Origin: Ignavibacteriota bacterium
Lineage (GTDB): Bacteria; Bacteroidota; Ignavibacteria; UBA10030; UBA6906
Length of the DNA: 64,000 nucleotides
Assembly (NCBI GenBank): GCA_963801355.1
Contig: CAWDEM010000008.1
Coordinates: 1,280,001-1,344,000 of the forward strand
Direction of reading: 5' to 3'
In this document: positions 10,418 to 19,829 of the stretch, piece after piece
Layout of the letters: the number at the start of each line of letters is the position of its first letter
Position numbering within the stretch: the first letter of the stretch is position 1
The notes under the pieces: generated by a model
What the model saw: only the letters and a program-made list of their open reading frames with translations
The model's database searches: none
Told to the model about the DNA's origin: nothing
Translations under genes and position numbers: made by a program

Positions 10418-11614
10418 CTATTCCCCTCCCTCAAGGACTTCCTTCATCATTTCGGATTTGAGCTGGAACGAACCTTTGGTGACGACTCGCTCTCCCGGTG
10501 TGATCCCAGTCTTCACTTCAACCATACCATCGAACGTAGCACCGAGCAAAACGTCACGGGGCTCAAATGTCGTATCACCTTTGGCCACAAACACGAACGT
10601 TCGCATGTTGTCTTTGAGAACCGCTTCAGCGGGGATGACAAGACCTTTTCCATCCCCGCCGATGGGAACATGAAGCTCGCCGAACATGTGTGGCTTCAGC
10701 CGGCCGGTGCGGTTGGGGATCGATGCCCGGATCGTCACGGCTCTACTCTGCTCATCCACAATGGGAGAAATGTAGATGATGCGACCGCGGAACTCCTCGC
10801 CCGGGAATGCGGTAACTTCAATTGTGACCTCCGGTTTCCCTGAGAGCATCGGCACATCTTTTTCGTAGACACGTCCGTCCGCCCAGAGCGTCGACGTATT
10901 GATGATCTTGAATGCCGTCGTTGACGCATCCACTAGCTGTCCGATCACGACATTTCGCTCGACCACCGTGCCCGCGATCGGAGATTTGATTGGCAGAACA
11001 CCGCTGGTGTGACTGTCCGTTTTCTCCGCCCCCGGTTCAACGGTGCTCATCAGATCATCATCGGTCAACCCGATGGAATGGATCCTCTTGTCCTCTGCGT
11101 TGAGCTCTGCCAGCGCCTTGTCGTATTCCGCCTGAGCTTCGAGGAACGCCTTCTGCGACCCGACTTTTTGCTCGACCAGTGTTTTCTGGCGCTGATAAGC
11201 CGCCTCGGTAAACTTCAGCTGCGCCATCGCCTTGATAAAGTTCGACTTGATCTGGCCGACCTCGAGACCTTCAATGTACATGAGTTCCTGGCCTTCTCTC
11301 ACAGCCTCGCCCACATGAACGAATACCTTCCGTACGCGGCCCTGGACGAGCGAGCCGACCTGAGCCTCAAGATCCTGGTTCGGAATCAGCGTGGCTGCGA
11401 CCACCATATTTCCGGTCATGGGCCTCACTTCCGCCACGGACAGCGTCAGTCCGATGTCTTTGATCGATCCGGCGCTCAGCGTCAGAGCATGTACCCCGGC
11501 ATTGCTTTCCCCGGCTTCTCCGACCACTTTGTCACGCTTATCGCCACCGCATCCGGCCACCAGAATACCCACCGCGGCCGAGAATGCCGCCAGAATCCTT
11601 AGATGACATTTCAT
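10418..11614 (-). CDS. CzcB-like periplasmic adaptor
   Basis: Lipoprotein-like LVAGC, IKSPIAGTVVERNV, LKPHMF; adjacent to the CzcA-like gene; ATG 11614 chosen from its RBS. Confidence 0.9.
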   Translation of the reverse strand: MKCHLRILAAFSAAVGILVAGCGGDKRDKVVGEAGESNAGVHALTLSAGSIKDIGLTLSVAEVRPMTGNMVVAATLIPNQDLEAQVGSLVQGRVRKVFVHVGEAVREGQELMYIEGLEVGQIKSNFIKAMAQLKFTEAAYQRQKTLVEQKVGSQKAFLEAQAEYDKALAELNAEDKRIHSIGLTDDDLMSTVEPGAEKTDSHTSGVLPIKSPIAGTVVERNVVIGQLVDASTTAFKIINTSTLWADGRVYEKDVPMLSGKPEVTIEVTAFPGEEFRGRIIYISPIVDEQSRAVTIRASIPNRTGRLKPHMFGELHVPIGGDGKGLVIPAEAVLKDNMRTFVFVAKGDTTFEPRDVLLGATFDGMVEVKTGITPGERVVTKGSFQLKSEMMKEVLEGGE

Positions 11615-11732
11615 AACCGTCAACCTCTTGTAGTGACACTATGTGTTAGCTTTACCTCACGATGCCCCTGCGAAGCAATCCTCTCACGCTATCCCTGTGA
11701 AACCGTCTTCTCACCTTGACCCTGCGAGGTAG

Positions 11733-13079
11733 TTATCCCCCGATTGTCCGCCCGACCATTTTTTCCAGGCGCGCAATTGCAGTGTTGTAATGATACAGCG
11801 CGTCGATATATGTGCTCCGGGCGGCAATCAACGTCTGTCGCGCTTGAAGAAATTCAATGTACGTGATCTCACCGGCTTCGTAGCTCGTGGCGGCCCCCCG
11901 GTAGACCTCTTCGGCTTGCGGCAACAGGTCGGATTGAAAGAGCTGTACCTGGCGCTCATCGTTCTTGAACTCAAGAAATGCATTCTTCACATCAAGGGTG
12001 ATGAAGTTCTCTATCATCTGGAGCTCGGATTCCAGCCTGGCATGTACTGCCGTTGCCTCCTGCACCTGCCCCCGCTGGTCGAAGAGAAACCATATAGGTA
12101 ACGACATCCCAAACGACACCCCGTACAGGGAGGAATTCCCTACCTGCGCCTGCCGGGAATACGACACATTGAAGCTCGGCAGAATGCTGGACCACGCGAT
12201 CGCACGATTTGCCGAAGCCGCGCTGAGCCTGAACGCGGCCGCTTCCAGCCGGGAGTTGGATTGACGGGCCTGTTCAATCAGCGACTCGAACGGCACGGTG
12301 ATCGGTCGGTAGGTCAGACTGTCGGTAAGGATGCTCTCCCCGCCCGGTACTTCTTCCCTGCGTCCGAGCACGTAGCTGAGCCCGCCAGCGGCAAGTCTGA
12401 GGTCGTTCCTTGCTACATCCACCGCATTCCGTGATTGCGTCAGCTGCACCTTCGCGGTCAATGATTCCAGGTGGGTTCCCTCTCCAACATTGTACCGTAT
12501 GTCGGCCTTTCTGGCGAAGTCGTCGGCAATGGCAAGGTTCTCTTCGGCGAGTTTGAGCTTCTGCTGGGCGGCCAGAACACCGAAGTAGGCTTCCTTCACC
12601 TGCATTGTGACTGCCAGCGAAGCTGTGCGGAAGTCGGCCTCTGTCGCATCGGTTTCATACGAGAGAGACGATGCGCGGAGCCCAATGGTGGTCGGGAAAT
12701 CGAACGACTGGCTAATGCCGATGACCCGCTCGCCGTAGTCCTTGATGCCGCTTCCGGTCGGTATATAGTCATAGCTCAGGGAGAGTGACGGGGGCGGAAG
12801 TGAAACACCCTGCCAGAAGCGACCCCTGGCGGCCGTGACCCCATGACGCGCACTCTGAACCTCCGGATTGCGTTGCAGTGCAATTTCGATGGCATCCTTG
12901 AGAGAGAGTCTTTCCGCCTGTTGAGGCAACGCCACCGTGTGGCTTATGAGGAGGAGGAATCCCCCCAATGACAGGCATCTCACCATTGAGGAGCTCACTA
13001 ATGAGGAGCTCACTAACCGATGCTGGCGGCTTGAATGCGGGATTCCCGGGTGCCCGGGAACGGAAAGCGCTGGAGCCAT
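11733..13079 (-). CDS. CzcC-like TolC-family outer membrane protein
   Basis: LSLKDAIEIALQRNPEV, YEAGEITYIEFLQAR motifs; start uncertain (13079 or 12986). Confidence 0.88.
   Translation of the reverse strand: MAPALSVPGHPGIPHSSRQHRLVSSSLVSSSMVRCLSLGGFLLLISHTVALPQQAERLSLKDAIEIALQRNPEVQSARHGVTAARGRFWQGVSLPPPSLSLSYDYIPTGSGIKDYGERVIGISQSFDFPTTIGLRASSLSYETDATEADFRTASLAVTMQVKEAYFGVLAAQQKLKLAEENLAIADDFARKADIRYNVGEGTHLESLTAKVQLTQSRNAVDVARNDLRLAAGGLSYVLGRREEVPGGESILTDSLTYRPITVPFESLIEQARQSNSRLEAAAFRLSAASANRAIAWSSILPSFNVSYSRQAQVGNSSLYGVSFGMSLPIWFLFDQRGQVQEATAVHARLESELQMIENFITLDVKNAFLEFKNDERQVQLFQSDLLPQAEEVYRGAATSYEAGEITYIEFLQARQTLIAARSTYIDALYHYNTAIARLEKMVGRTIGG
12987..13016. repeat. Perfect 15-bp tandem duplication (TGAGGAGCTCACTAA x2)
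   Basis: Read directly; encodes LVSSS-LVSSS near the N-terminus of the CzcC-like ORF. Confidence 0.8.
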
Positions 13080-13083
13080 GAGT

Positions 13084-16000
13084 TCATCCTTCCTTCATCC
13101 ATTGTGCCATCTTGGATATCTCGAGTGTCCCTTTCTTGAGGGCATGAAGCTTCATGTACGTAAAGAGCACGGGAGTGACGACCAGGACGTGAACCGCCGA
13201 GGTCAGCAGCCCGCCGATCATGGGCGCGGCCAGCGGCTTCATCACATCCGCCCCGACACCGGTACTCCACATGATCGGGATGAGCCCGATGAGGGAGGTC
13301 CCCACCGTCATGATTTTCGGACGGAGTCTCAGGACTGATCCCTCAATGGTCGCTTCATAGATGTCCTGGGGCGTGATCGGGCCGCGTTTGCCGAGCTGGT
13401 GATCGCGCAGCCTTCTGTCGAGTGCTTCATGCAGATACACTACCATGACGACGCCGGTTTGCACAGCAAGCCCATAGAGTGCTATGAAGCCAACCCACAC
13501 TGCCACCGAGAAGTTGTAACCCAGAATATAGATCAGGTACACGCCGCCGACCAGGGCGAACGGCACAGACAGCATGACGACCCCCGCTTCGGTGAAATCC
13601 TTCGTTGTGAAGTAGAGCATGACGAAGATAATGAGGAAGACCACAGGCATCATCATTTCAAGGCGGTTCTTTGCCCTGACCTGGTTCTCCCACTGGCCGC
13701 TCCATTGCACGGTGTAACCCTGAGGAAGCGTGAGCTCCCGGGCAAGGACATCCCTTGCCTCATCCACGAAGCCACCCATATCCCGTCCCCGCACGTTCAG
13801 ATAGACGATCGAGCGCAGATGCGCATTCTCGCTGGAGATCATCGGCGGCCCGGGCACCACCGCGATAGTGGCCAGCTGCGAGAGAGGGATGTAGCTCTGC
13901 TGCGACACCGCGCTGCGGACAGTAGACCCGGATGCCGGGGAAGCAACAGGCACCACACCGATGCCTGGGCCTGCGGCCATGGTACTCCCCATTCCGGCTT
14001 GCTGCGCCGTCTGCGCATTGCCCGTGCCGTTGCCGGATGAGGCTTGCATGCCGGTACCGTACGATGGCTGTATGTCCGAACCCGAGCGACCGGCCCCCAT
14101 CGTTGAGCGACTCCCCCCCATCGTATTGACCGGCACCAACAGGTCGTTGAGCCGATCGATGTTGTCGCGCCACTCACGCGCATAGCGCACCCGAATAGGG
14201 AATCGTTCACGGCCGTCGATCACGGTGCCTATATTCTCCCCCCCGATGGCTGTTTCCACGATGTCCTGAACATCACCGACATTGATACCGTAGCGCGCCA
14301 CGGCCTTCCGGTCGATCTTGATGTCAAGGAAGAGACCTCCCTGCGTTCGTTCTGCATAGAGGTCTGCGGCACCGGGAACTTTTCGCAGGATGCGTTCGGC
14401 CTCGACGGCAAGGGCCTCCAGTGTGTCAAGGTCTTTGCCGAAGATCTTAACCCCGAGATCTGTGCGCACGCCCGTCGAGAGCATGTTGATCCGGTTGATG
14501 ATTGGCTGAGTCCACCCATTGCGCACGCCCGGAATCTGGAGCTTGGTGTCGAGCTCCGCAATGATATCATTCTTCGTGATCCCCTTTCGCCACTGGTCTT
14601 TGGGCTTCAGGAGCACGATGGATTCGATCATGCTTACCGGGGCGGGGTCTGTCGAAGTTTCAGCCTTCCCCGCTTTGCCCAGCACCTGCTGCACCTCGGG
14701 CACGGACATGATAATGGCGTCCTGTACCTGCATGACCCGGTTCACCTCCGTAATCGACGCCGACGGGAGCGTAACCGGCATGAACAGAAGACTCCCCTCG
14801 TCGAGCGGAGGCATGAACTCAGACCCCATATGCATCACCATCGGGATCGTCACGAGAAGAGCGATCACATTGATGGCAATTGTCGTCTTTCGCCACTTCA
14901 GCACCCATCGGATCACGGGAGCATACAGCCAGTTCAAGAACCTGGTAGTGGGATTCTGGTTTTCCGGGCGGAATTTCCCTCTCGTGAGCAGCACCATCAG
15001 CATTGGCACGAGTGTTATGGCGATGATCGCCGAGCCGCCCAGGACAAACGTCTTGGTAAATGCCAGCGGCCGGAACATCTTTCCTTCCTGACCCTCAAGC
15101 AAAAACACCGGAAGAAAGGAGACCACCATGATGGCCACGGCAAAGAAGATTGCCCGCCCGACCTGTTTGGCCGAGAGGATGGAGATCTCAGTGAAGTCCT
15201 TTGTTGTCAGCGCCCCCTGCTCCTCCTGCGCCCGTGCGACATTGCGGTAGGCGTTCTCCACGAGCACAATTGATGCATCCACAATGACGCCGATGGCAAT
15301 GGCAATGCCCCCGAGAGACATGATATTCGAAGTGATGCCAAATACTCTCATGCAGATGAAGGCAACGAGAACCGCGATCGGAATTTCGATAATGATCCGG
15401 AGAACACTTCGGAAATGCATCAGGAATAAGAACACGACGATACTGACGACAATACCTTCTTCGATGAGCGCGGTCGTGAGCGTCTTCACCGATGCGACGA
15501 TAATGTCGCTCCGGTCGTATGCCGGTTTGATTTCCATACCTTCGGGCAACCCGGGCGAAATTTCCCGGATGCGCTCCTTCACCCGGTCGATCACCGCCTT
15601 GGCATTCTCGCCGTACCGCATGACAACAATGCCCCCGACGACCTGCCCCTGGCCATTCTTTTCTGCAGACCCGCGACGGATGTCGCCGCCCATCTGGACG
15701 GTCCCGATATTCCGGATATAGACGGGAATCCCATCCGGTCCCGTTCCGACGACGATATTCTCAATGTCCTCGATATTCTGTATGTACCCCTGACCTCTGA
15801 CGAAGTATTCGGCATCCGACATTTCGAGGATTTTGCCGCCCACATCGTTGTTGGATCGCATGACGCCATTCTGGATGGCGGCCAGAGTGATGCCATATCC
15901 CTTCATCTTTTGCGGGTCCACATCGACCTGGTACTGTCGCACGTAACCGCCGATAGAAGCAACCTCTGCCACACCTTCGACTCCCTGCAGGTGCAGCTTC

Positions 16001-16482
16001 ACGTACCAATCTTGTGTCGCACGGAGCGTCCCGAGGTCATACTTCCCTTCAAGTGTGTACCAGAAGACGTGTCCAACGCCGGTCCCGTCGGGCCCGAGCT
16101 GCACCTTCGCCCCTTGAGGCAGGGCTGACTGCACGGTGGAGAGCTTTTCAAGCACGCGGCTCCGTGCCCAGTAGAGATCGGTGCTTTCGTTGAAAATGAT
16201 ATAGATGAACGACATGCCGAACATCGATTGGGCTCTGATTGCCGACACCTGGGGCACACCCTGGAGCGCTGTCACAAGCGGGAATGTGACCTGGTCTTCC
16301 ACCAGCTTGGGAGACCGACCCATCCACTCGGTGAATACGATGACCTGGTTTTCGGACAGGTCAGGGATAGCATCCAGGGGCGTGTGCACCACAGCCCAGA
16401 TGCCCCAGCCCACGATGATCAGGTAGAAGAGGATGACAACGAACTTGTTCCTCGCGGAGTAGTCAATTATTCTCTCAATCAT
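13084..16482 (-). CDS. cusA: CusA/SilA-like Cu/Ag RND permease
   Basis: Start MIERIIDYS at 16482 overlaps the cusB stop; PLDAIPDLSENQVIVFTEWMGRSP, DLYWARSRVLE, GSEFMPPLDEG, RINMLSTG motifs. Confidence 0.92.
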   Translation of the reverse strand: MIERIIDYSARNKFVVILFYLIIVGWGIWAVVHTPLDAIPDLSENQVIVFTEWMGRSPKLVEDQVTFPLVTALQGVPQVSAIRAQSMFGMSFIYIIFNESTDLYWARSRVLEKLSTVQSALPQGAKVQLGPDGTGVGHVFWYTLEGKYDLGTLRATQDWYVKLHLQGVEGVAEVASIGGYVRQYQVDVDPQKMKGYGITLAAIQNGVMRSNNDVGGKILEMSDAEYFVRGQGYIQNIEDIENIVVGTGPDGIPVYIRNIGTVQMGGDIRRGSAEKNGQGQVVGGIVVMRYGENAKAVIDRVKERIREISPGLPEGMEIKPAYDRSDIIVASVKTLTTALIEEGIVVSIVVFLFLMHFRSVLRIIIEIPIAVLVAFICMRVFGITSNIMSLGGIAIAIGVIVDASIVLVENAYRNVARAQEEQGALTTKDFTEISILSAKQVGRAIFFAVAIMVVSFLPVFLLEGQEGKMFRPLAFTKTFVLGGSAIIAITLVPMLMVLLTRGKFRPENQNPTTRFLNWLYAPVIRWVLKWRKTTIAINVIALLVTIPMVMHMGSEFMPPLDEGSLLFMPVTLPSASITEVNRVMQVQDAIIMSVPEVQQVLGKAGKAETSTDPAPVSMIESIVLLKPKDQWRKGITKNDIIAELDTKLQIPGVRNGWTQPIINRINMLSTGVRTDLGVKIFGKDLDTLEALAVEAERILRKVPGAADLYAERTQGGLFLDIKIDRKAVARYGINVGDVQDIVETAIGGENIGTVIDGRERFPIRVRYAREWRDNIDRLNDLLVPVNTMGGSRSTMGAGRSGSDIQPSYGTGMQASSGNGTGNAQTAQQAGMGSTMAAGPGIGVVPVASPASGSTVRSAVSQQSYIPLSQLATIAVVPGPPMISSENAHLRSIVYLNVRGRDMGGFVDEARDVLARELTLPQGYTVQWSGQWENQVRAKNRLEMMMPVVFLIIFVMLYFTTKDFTEAGVVMLSVPFALVGGVYLIYILGYNFSVAVWVGFIALYGLAVQTGVVMVVYLHEALDRRLRDHQLGKRGPITPQDIYEATIEGSVLRLRPKIMTVGTSLIGLIPIMWSTGVGADVMKPLAAPMIGGLLTSAVHVLVVTPVLFTYMKLHALKKGTLEISKMAQWMKEG

Positions 16483-17716
16483 GGAGTTGGCTTTCCGAAT
16501 CGAGCATGTAGCCACCCGTTGCCGCCACCATTTCGCCTTCACGAAGCCCGTCAAGAATCTGGACGAAGGTTCCATCGCTTGTGCCCACAACGACATTCCG
16601 GGGCTCGAATACATTCGGCTTTGTCTCGATCCAGACCACATCCCGTTTCCCGGTGGAGAGAAGCGCGGATGATGGGATGACCAGTGCGTTCGGCACGGGG
16701 ATGGAGATCTCGGCCTGCATGTACATCTGCGGTTTGAGTTTTCCGCCGGTATTGTCAAGATCGACCCTGATCCGCACCGTCCGTGTCTGGGCATCGAGTG
16801 CCGGATCAATGAAGGCGACGCGTCCGGTGAAGGTTTCCCCCGGATAGGCCTCTGTGGTCATCCGGACCGTCTGACCACGCTTGATGAAACGCATATTCTT
16901 TTCGTACACGTCCAGGTACGCCCAGACTCGCGAAAGGTCCGCGAGCTGATACAGCAGCATTCCCTCATCCACGTACTGCCCTTCCTGAACATCCTTCGAA
17001 ACCACAGTGCCGTGGATGGGCGAATAGTATGTCACTGTTGAGCCGGCTTCCCGTTTTGAGGAGATGGCTTCGATCTGCTGTTGAGTCATTCCATAGTGGA
17101 TCCTGAGCCTATCCCTTGAGGCAGCAAGCAAACTCTTTTGTTGATCATCCTGACCCATACCCGTCGATTCGCGATTGACGGCATTTAGAGCGAGAAGATA
17201 CTCGCGTTGCGCGGACACCAGTTCGGGGCTGTACATTTCGAACAGAGGTTGCCCCCGGCGCACAACTTCACCCGTGAAGTTCACATACAGTTTTTCAATC
17301 CGGCCGCGAAATCGTGCGGAGACTTTCGCCTGATTGGGCTCCGCATAATCGACCAGCCCCACGGCGTTGATCTTGTGCACGAACGCACGGCGGCCGACTG
17401 GCTCGGTCGATACATTTGCCATGACACGTTGCGTCGCGGAGAGACTCACTGACTCGAGATTCCCGATCTCCCCCACCGGTACATTTTGCTGCGGCAGCCG
17501 TTTCACAAGGGTCATCCCACAAATAGGGCATGTCCCCGGCTTATCGGAGACTACCGAGGGATGCATCGGGCAGGTGTACAGTTGCTTCTGCTGTGTCCCG
17601 GCTGTTGCGACCCCGGCCTGGTCGGTATGCGCACGCCCATCGTCCTGTGTCGACCGTGAGCATCCGCCGGCACTCAGGATGAGTATCATTGCAGCAAAGG
17701 AGATAAGGTTCTTCAT
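16475..17716 (-). CDS. cusB: CusB-like adaptor with N-terminal heavy-metal-binding domain
   Basis: YTCPMHP...PGTCPICGMTL motif, GRIEKLYV, YSPELVSAQREYL. Confidence 0.9.
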   Translation of the reverse strand: MKNLISFAAMILILSAGGCSRSTQDDGRAHTDQAGVATAGTQQKQLYTCPMHPSVVSDKPGTCPICGMTLVKRLPQQNVPVGEIGNLESVSLSATQRVMANVSTEPVGRRAFVHKINAVGLVDYAEPNQAKVSARFRGRIEKLYVNFTGEVVRRGQPLFEMYSPELVSAQREYLLALNAVNRESTGMGQDDQQKSLLAASRDRLRIHYGMTQQQIEAISSKREAGSTVTYYSPIHGTVVSKDVQEGQYVDEGMLLYQLADLSRVWAYLDVYEKNMRFIKRGQTVRMTTEAYPGETFTGRVAFIDPALDAQTRTVRIRVDLDNTGGKLKPQMYMQAEISIPVPNALVIPSSALLSTGKRDVVWIETKPNVFEPRNVVVGTSDGTFVQILDGLREGEMVAATGGYMLDSESQLHD

Positions 17717-17755
17717 GGTTAGGATTCCTGTTGATGTGTGGCCGCTCCGCTAATA

Positions 17756-19084
17756 TTACCGGAGGTCTTCACCCACCGCTCGTTCAAGGAGCGCCGTGCT
17801 CGCATGGTATTCGCCGACCAGCATGAAATACTCCATCTTAAGCATCTGAAGCATCCGGAAGCTGTCAAGCAGCGAGAGGAAGTCAGTCCGGTTCGTCTCA
17901 TACGATGCGAGGGCAGCTCGCAGTGATTGCTCGGTCTGGGGGAGGATAGTGTTCCGGAACCGTTCGATCTGCTCCCATTTTGATGCGGTCTTCGCCCAGG
18001 CGTCGCGAACCTCCGCCTGCACCATGTTTTTCATATCTGCAAGCGATTGCCCGGCCGCACGGGTAGCGAGTTCATTTTCCTCGATCTTCCCCGAGTACTT
18101 TCCGCTTGACCAGGGCGCGAACGGGAGGTTGATGCTGAACATGGCAGCCCACATATCCTTCCCCTCCACCATCTGCTTGTACATGCCCCGCACCATCAGA
18201 TCCGGCAAGCGTTCCCGTTGGGATGCAGCCAGCTCGGCCTTGTTCATATCCAGTTCGTAGTTCATGCCGCGCAGCTCGGGACGGTTCTCCAGCGCCGTCC
18301 TAGTGAGGGCTTCGACGGTTTCCGTTGCCTTCACCAGCGGTTCATCAGCGACACGGCCGATGGGTGTGGAGGCCGGGAGACCGCGCAGGGCATTCATCAT
18401 GGCTGTAGCGTTCGTCAGTTCCTGTTCGAGCCCGGACCGCTCGTTTTGCAGTTTTGCGAGTTCGACCTGCGTTTTGAGTACATCGCCTTGCGTAACGAGC
18501 CCCACGCTGTACTTGGCACGGGTTGATTCGATAATCTGGCCGAGGAGGCGCTGGTTCTCAGTATTGACGCCGGCGCGTAGCTGCACCGAAAGAAGCATGG
18601 CGTATGTCTTCTTGACTTCAGTCCGGAGATTGCGTTCGGCGGCCCGAGCAGATTCCCCGGCCATCCTGGCGCCGGCCGATGCCGCATCGTTCATGAGGCC
18701 CTTCTTCCCGAAGAGAGGAATCATCTGCTGGATGAAATAATCAGTCTCCATCCCATCCTTGAACGGATTGGCGGAGGTAATCGGGGTTGCGTAGAACTCC
18801 ACTCCGACCTGAGGGTCTTCCCAGGCTCCGGCCTGAGTGACACGGGTTTCCTTGCTGCTGGCACGGCTCCGTGCGGCCTGAAGTCCGGGATTGGCTCGCT
18901 CTGCCTGGGCGAGAAACGCAGAGAGAGAGGCGCTGGTGTCGTTTTGAGATGTCTGCTGGACGGTGCTCCGGACCGTTGCTGCAATCGATTCCGGCAGTCC
19001 GGGAGAATCCGTGCCCTGAGCCGCGACGGGAAAGTAGGCCAGCATCGCAAAAAAGGGCAAGAGAACAAATTCTGGTGCTTTCAT
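17756..19084 (-). CDS. TolC-family outer membrane protein of the Cus-like system
   Basis: Signal peptide, Met-rich OEP repeats, DFLSLLDS motif, position upstream of cusBA. Confidence 0.88.
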   Translation of the reverse strand: MKAPEFVLLPFFAMLAYFPVAAQGTDSPGLPESIAATVRSTVQQTSQNDTSASLSAFLAQAERANPGLQAARSRASSKETRVTQAGAWEDPQVGVEFYATPITSANPFKDGMETDYFIQQMIPLFGKKGLMNDAASAGARMAGESARAAERNLRTEVKKTYAMLLSVQLRAGVNTENQRLLGQIIESTRAKYSVGLVTQGDVLKTQVELAKLQNERSGLEQELTNATAMMNALRGLPASTPIGRVADEPLVKATETVEALTRTALENRPELRGMNYELDMNKAELAASQRERLPDLMVRGMYKQMVEGKDMWAAMFSINLPFAPWSSGKYSGKIEENELATRAAGQSLADMKNMVQAEVRDAWAKTASKWEQIERFRNTILPQTEQSLRAALASYETNRTDFLSLLDSFRMLQMLKMEYFMLVGEYHASTALLERAVGEDLR

Positions 19085-19266
19085 ACTCTGAACTCCTCAG
19101 TTAGCCATGTACCGGCAGGAACCTGATGCGAAGTATGCTTCCACAGAGTTACAATGCCGGTAAGCCGGAAAATCTCGCGAGCGGCGAAATTGTCCAATAC
19201 ATGAACGATCGCAAGGCAATGACGGAACAGTCCCGTCACGCCCGGACTAACTTCCAGAGTTGGAGA

Positions 19267-19711
19267 TCAAATCAGGAGGGCTGCGTTGAGGAGGTACTTC
19301 TCCACAGAAGGCGTGGAAACAGGCGCAAAATCAGATGCATCGCGAGTTATGTAACACAGATCCGGTACATCAAGCCCCGGAGATGAGGCCGGTGTGATCG
19401 CAAAAGGAGTTCTTGGCTGAACTTCGGCTGATGTCTTTTCGATGATACTCGGGTCTTCCGGGAGGCCGCCAATGACAATTGTCAGGTGGCATGCGTCGTT
19501 GCTCGTCACTGCGGGCTCGCGGGCAGTGTCAGGCAAGCTTCTGCAGCAGCCGGGCGTACAGGTCTCCATGCCGCAGACGCAGCTATGCGTCCCCCATCGT
19601 GCAGTTGGAAATTACGGTGGTGAATCCTGCATTGGCCAGGAAGAAAAGAAGCAGGACCATGCTGCCGAGTGTGTTCCTATGTTTGACTAGCGCTTTCACG
19701 ATACTTGTCAT
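19267..19711 (-). pseudogene. Cys-rich small protein (HYC_CC_PP-like), interrupted by a single-base frameshift
   Basis: The frame from 19711 reads ...MVLLLFFLANAGFTTVISNCTMGDA*. Removing one G of the G5 run (19591-19595) continues as THSCVCGMETCTPGCC...PSVEKYLLNAALLI. Confidence 0.7.
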
Positions 19712-19829
19712 TATACTAAAAACGTGACAGAATAGCACCTCTGAACGATGCCAGAGAGTTCAGTGCACATCGACACTTTCCATAATAGCACCATTGGACG
19801 ATGCACAAAGCACATCAACACGCTTGATG

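Noticed and set aside
16483-16809. N-terminal extension of the 1241-aa CusA ORF
   Set aside because: Overlaps cusB in another frame; the family-typical start MIERII at 16482 is coupled to the cusB stop.
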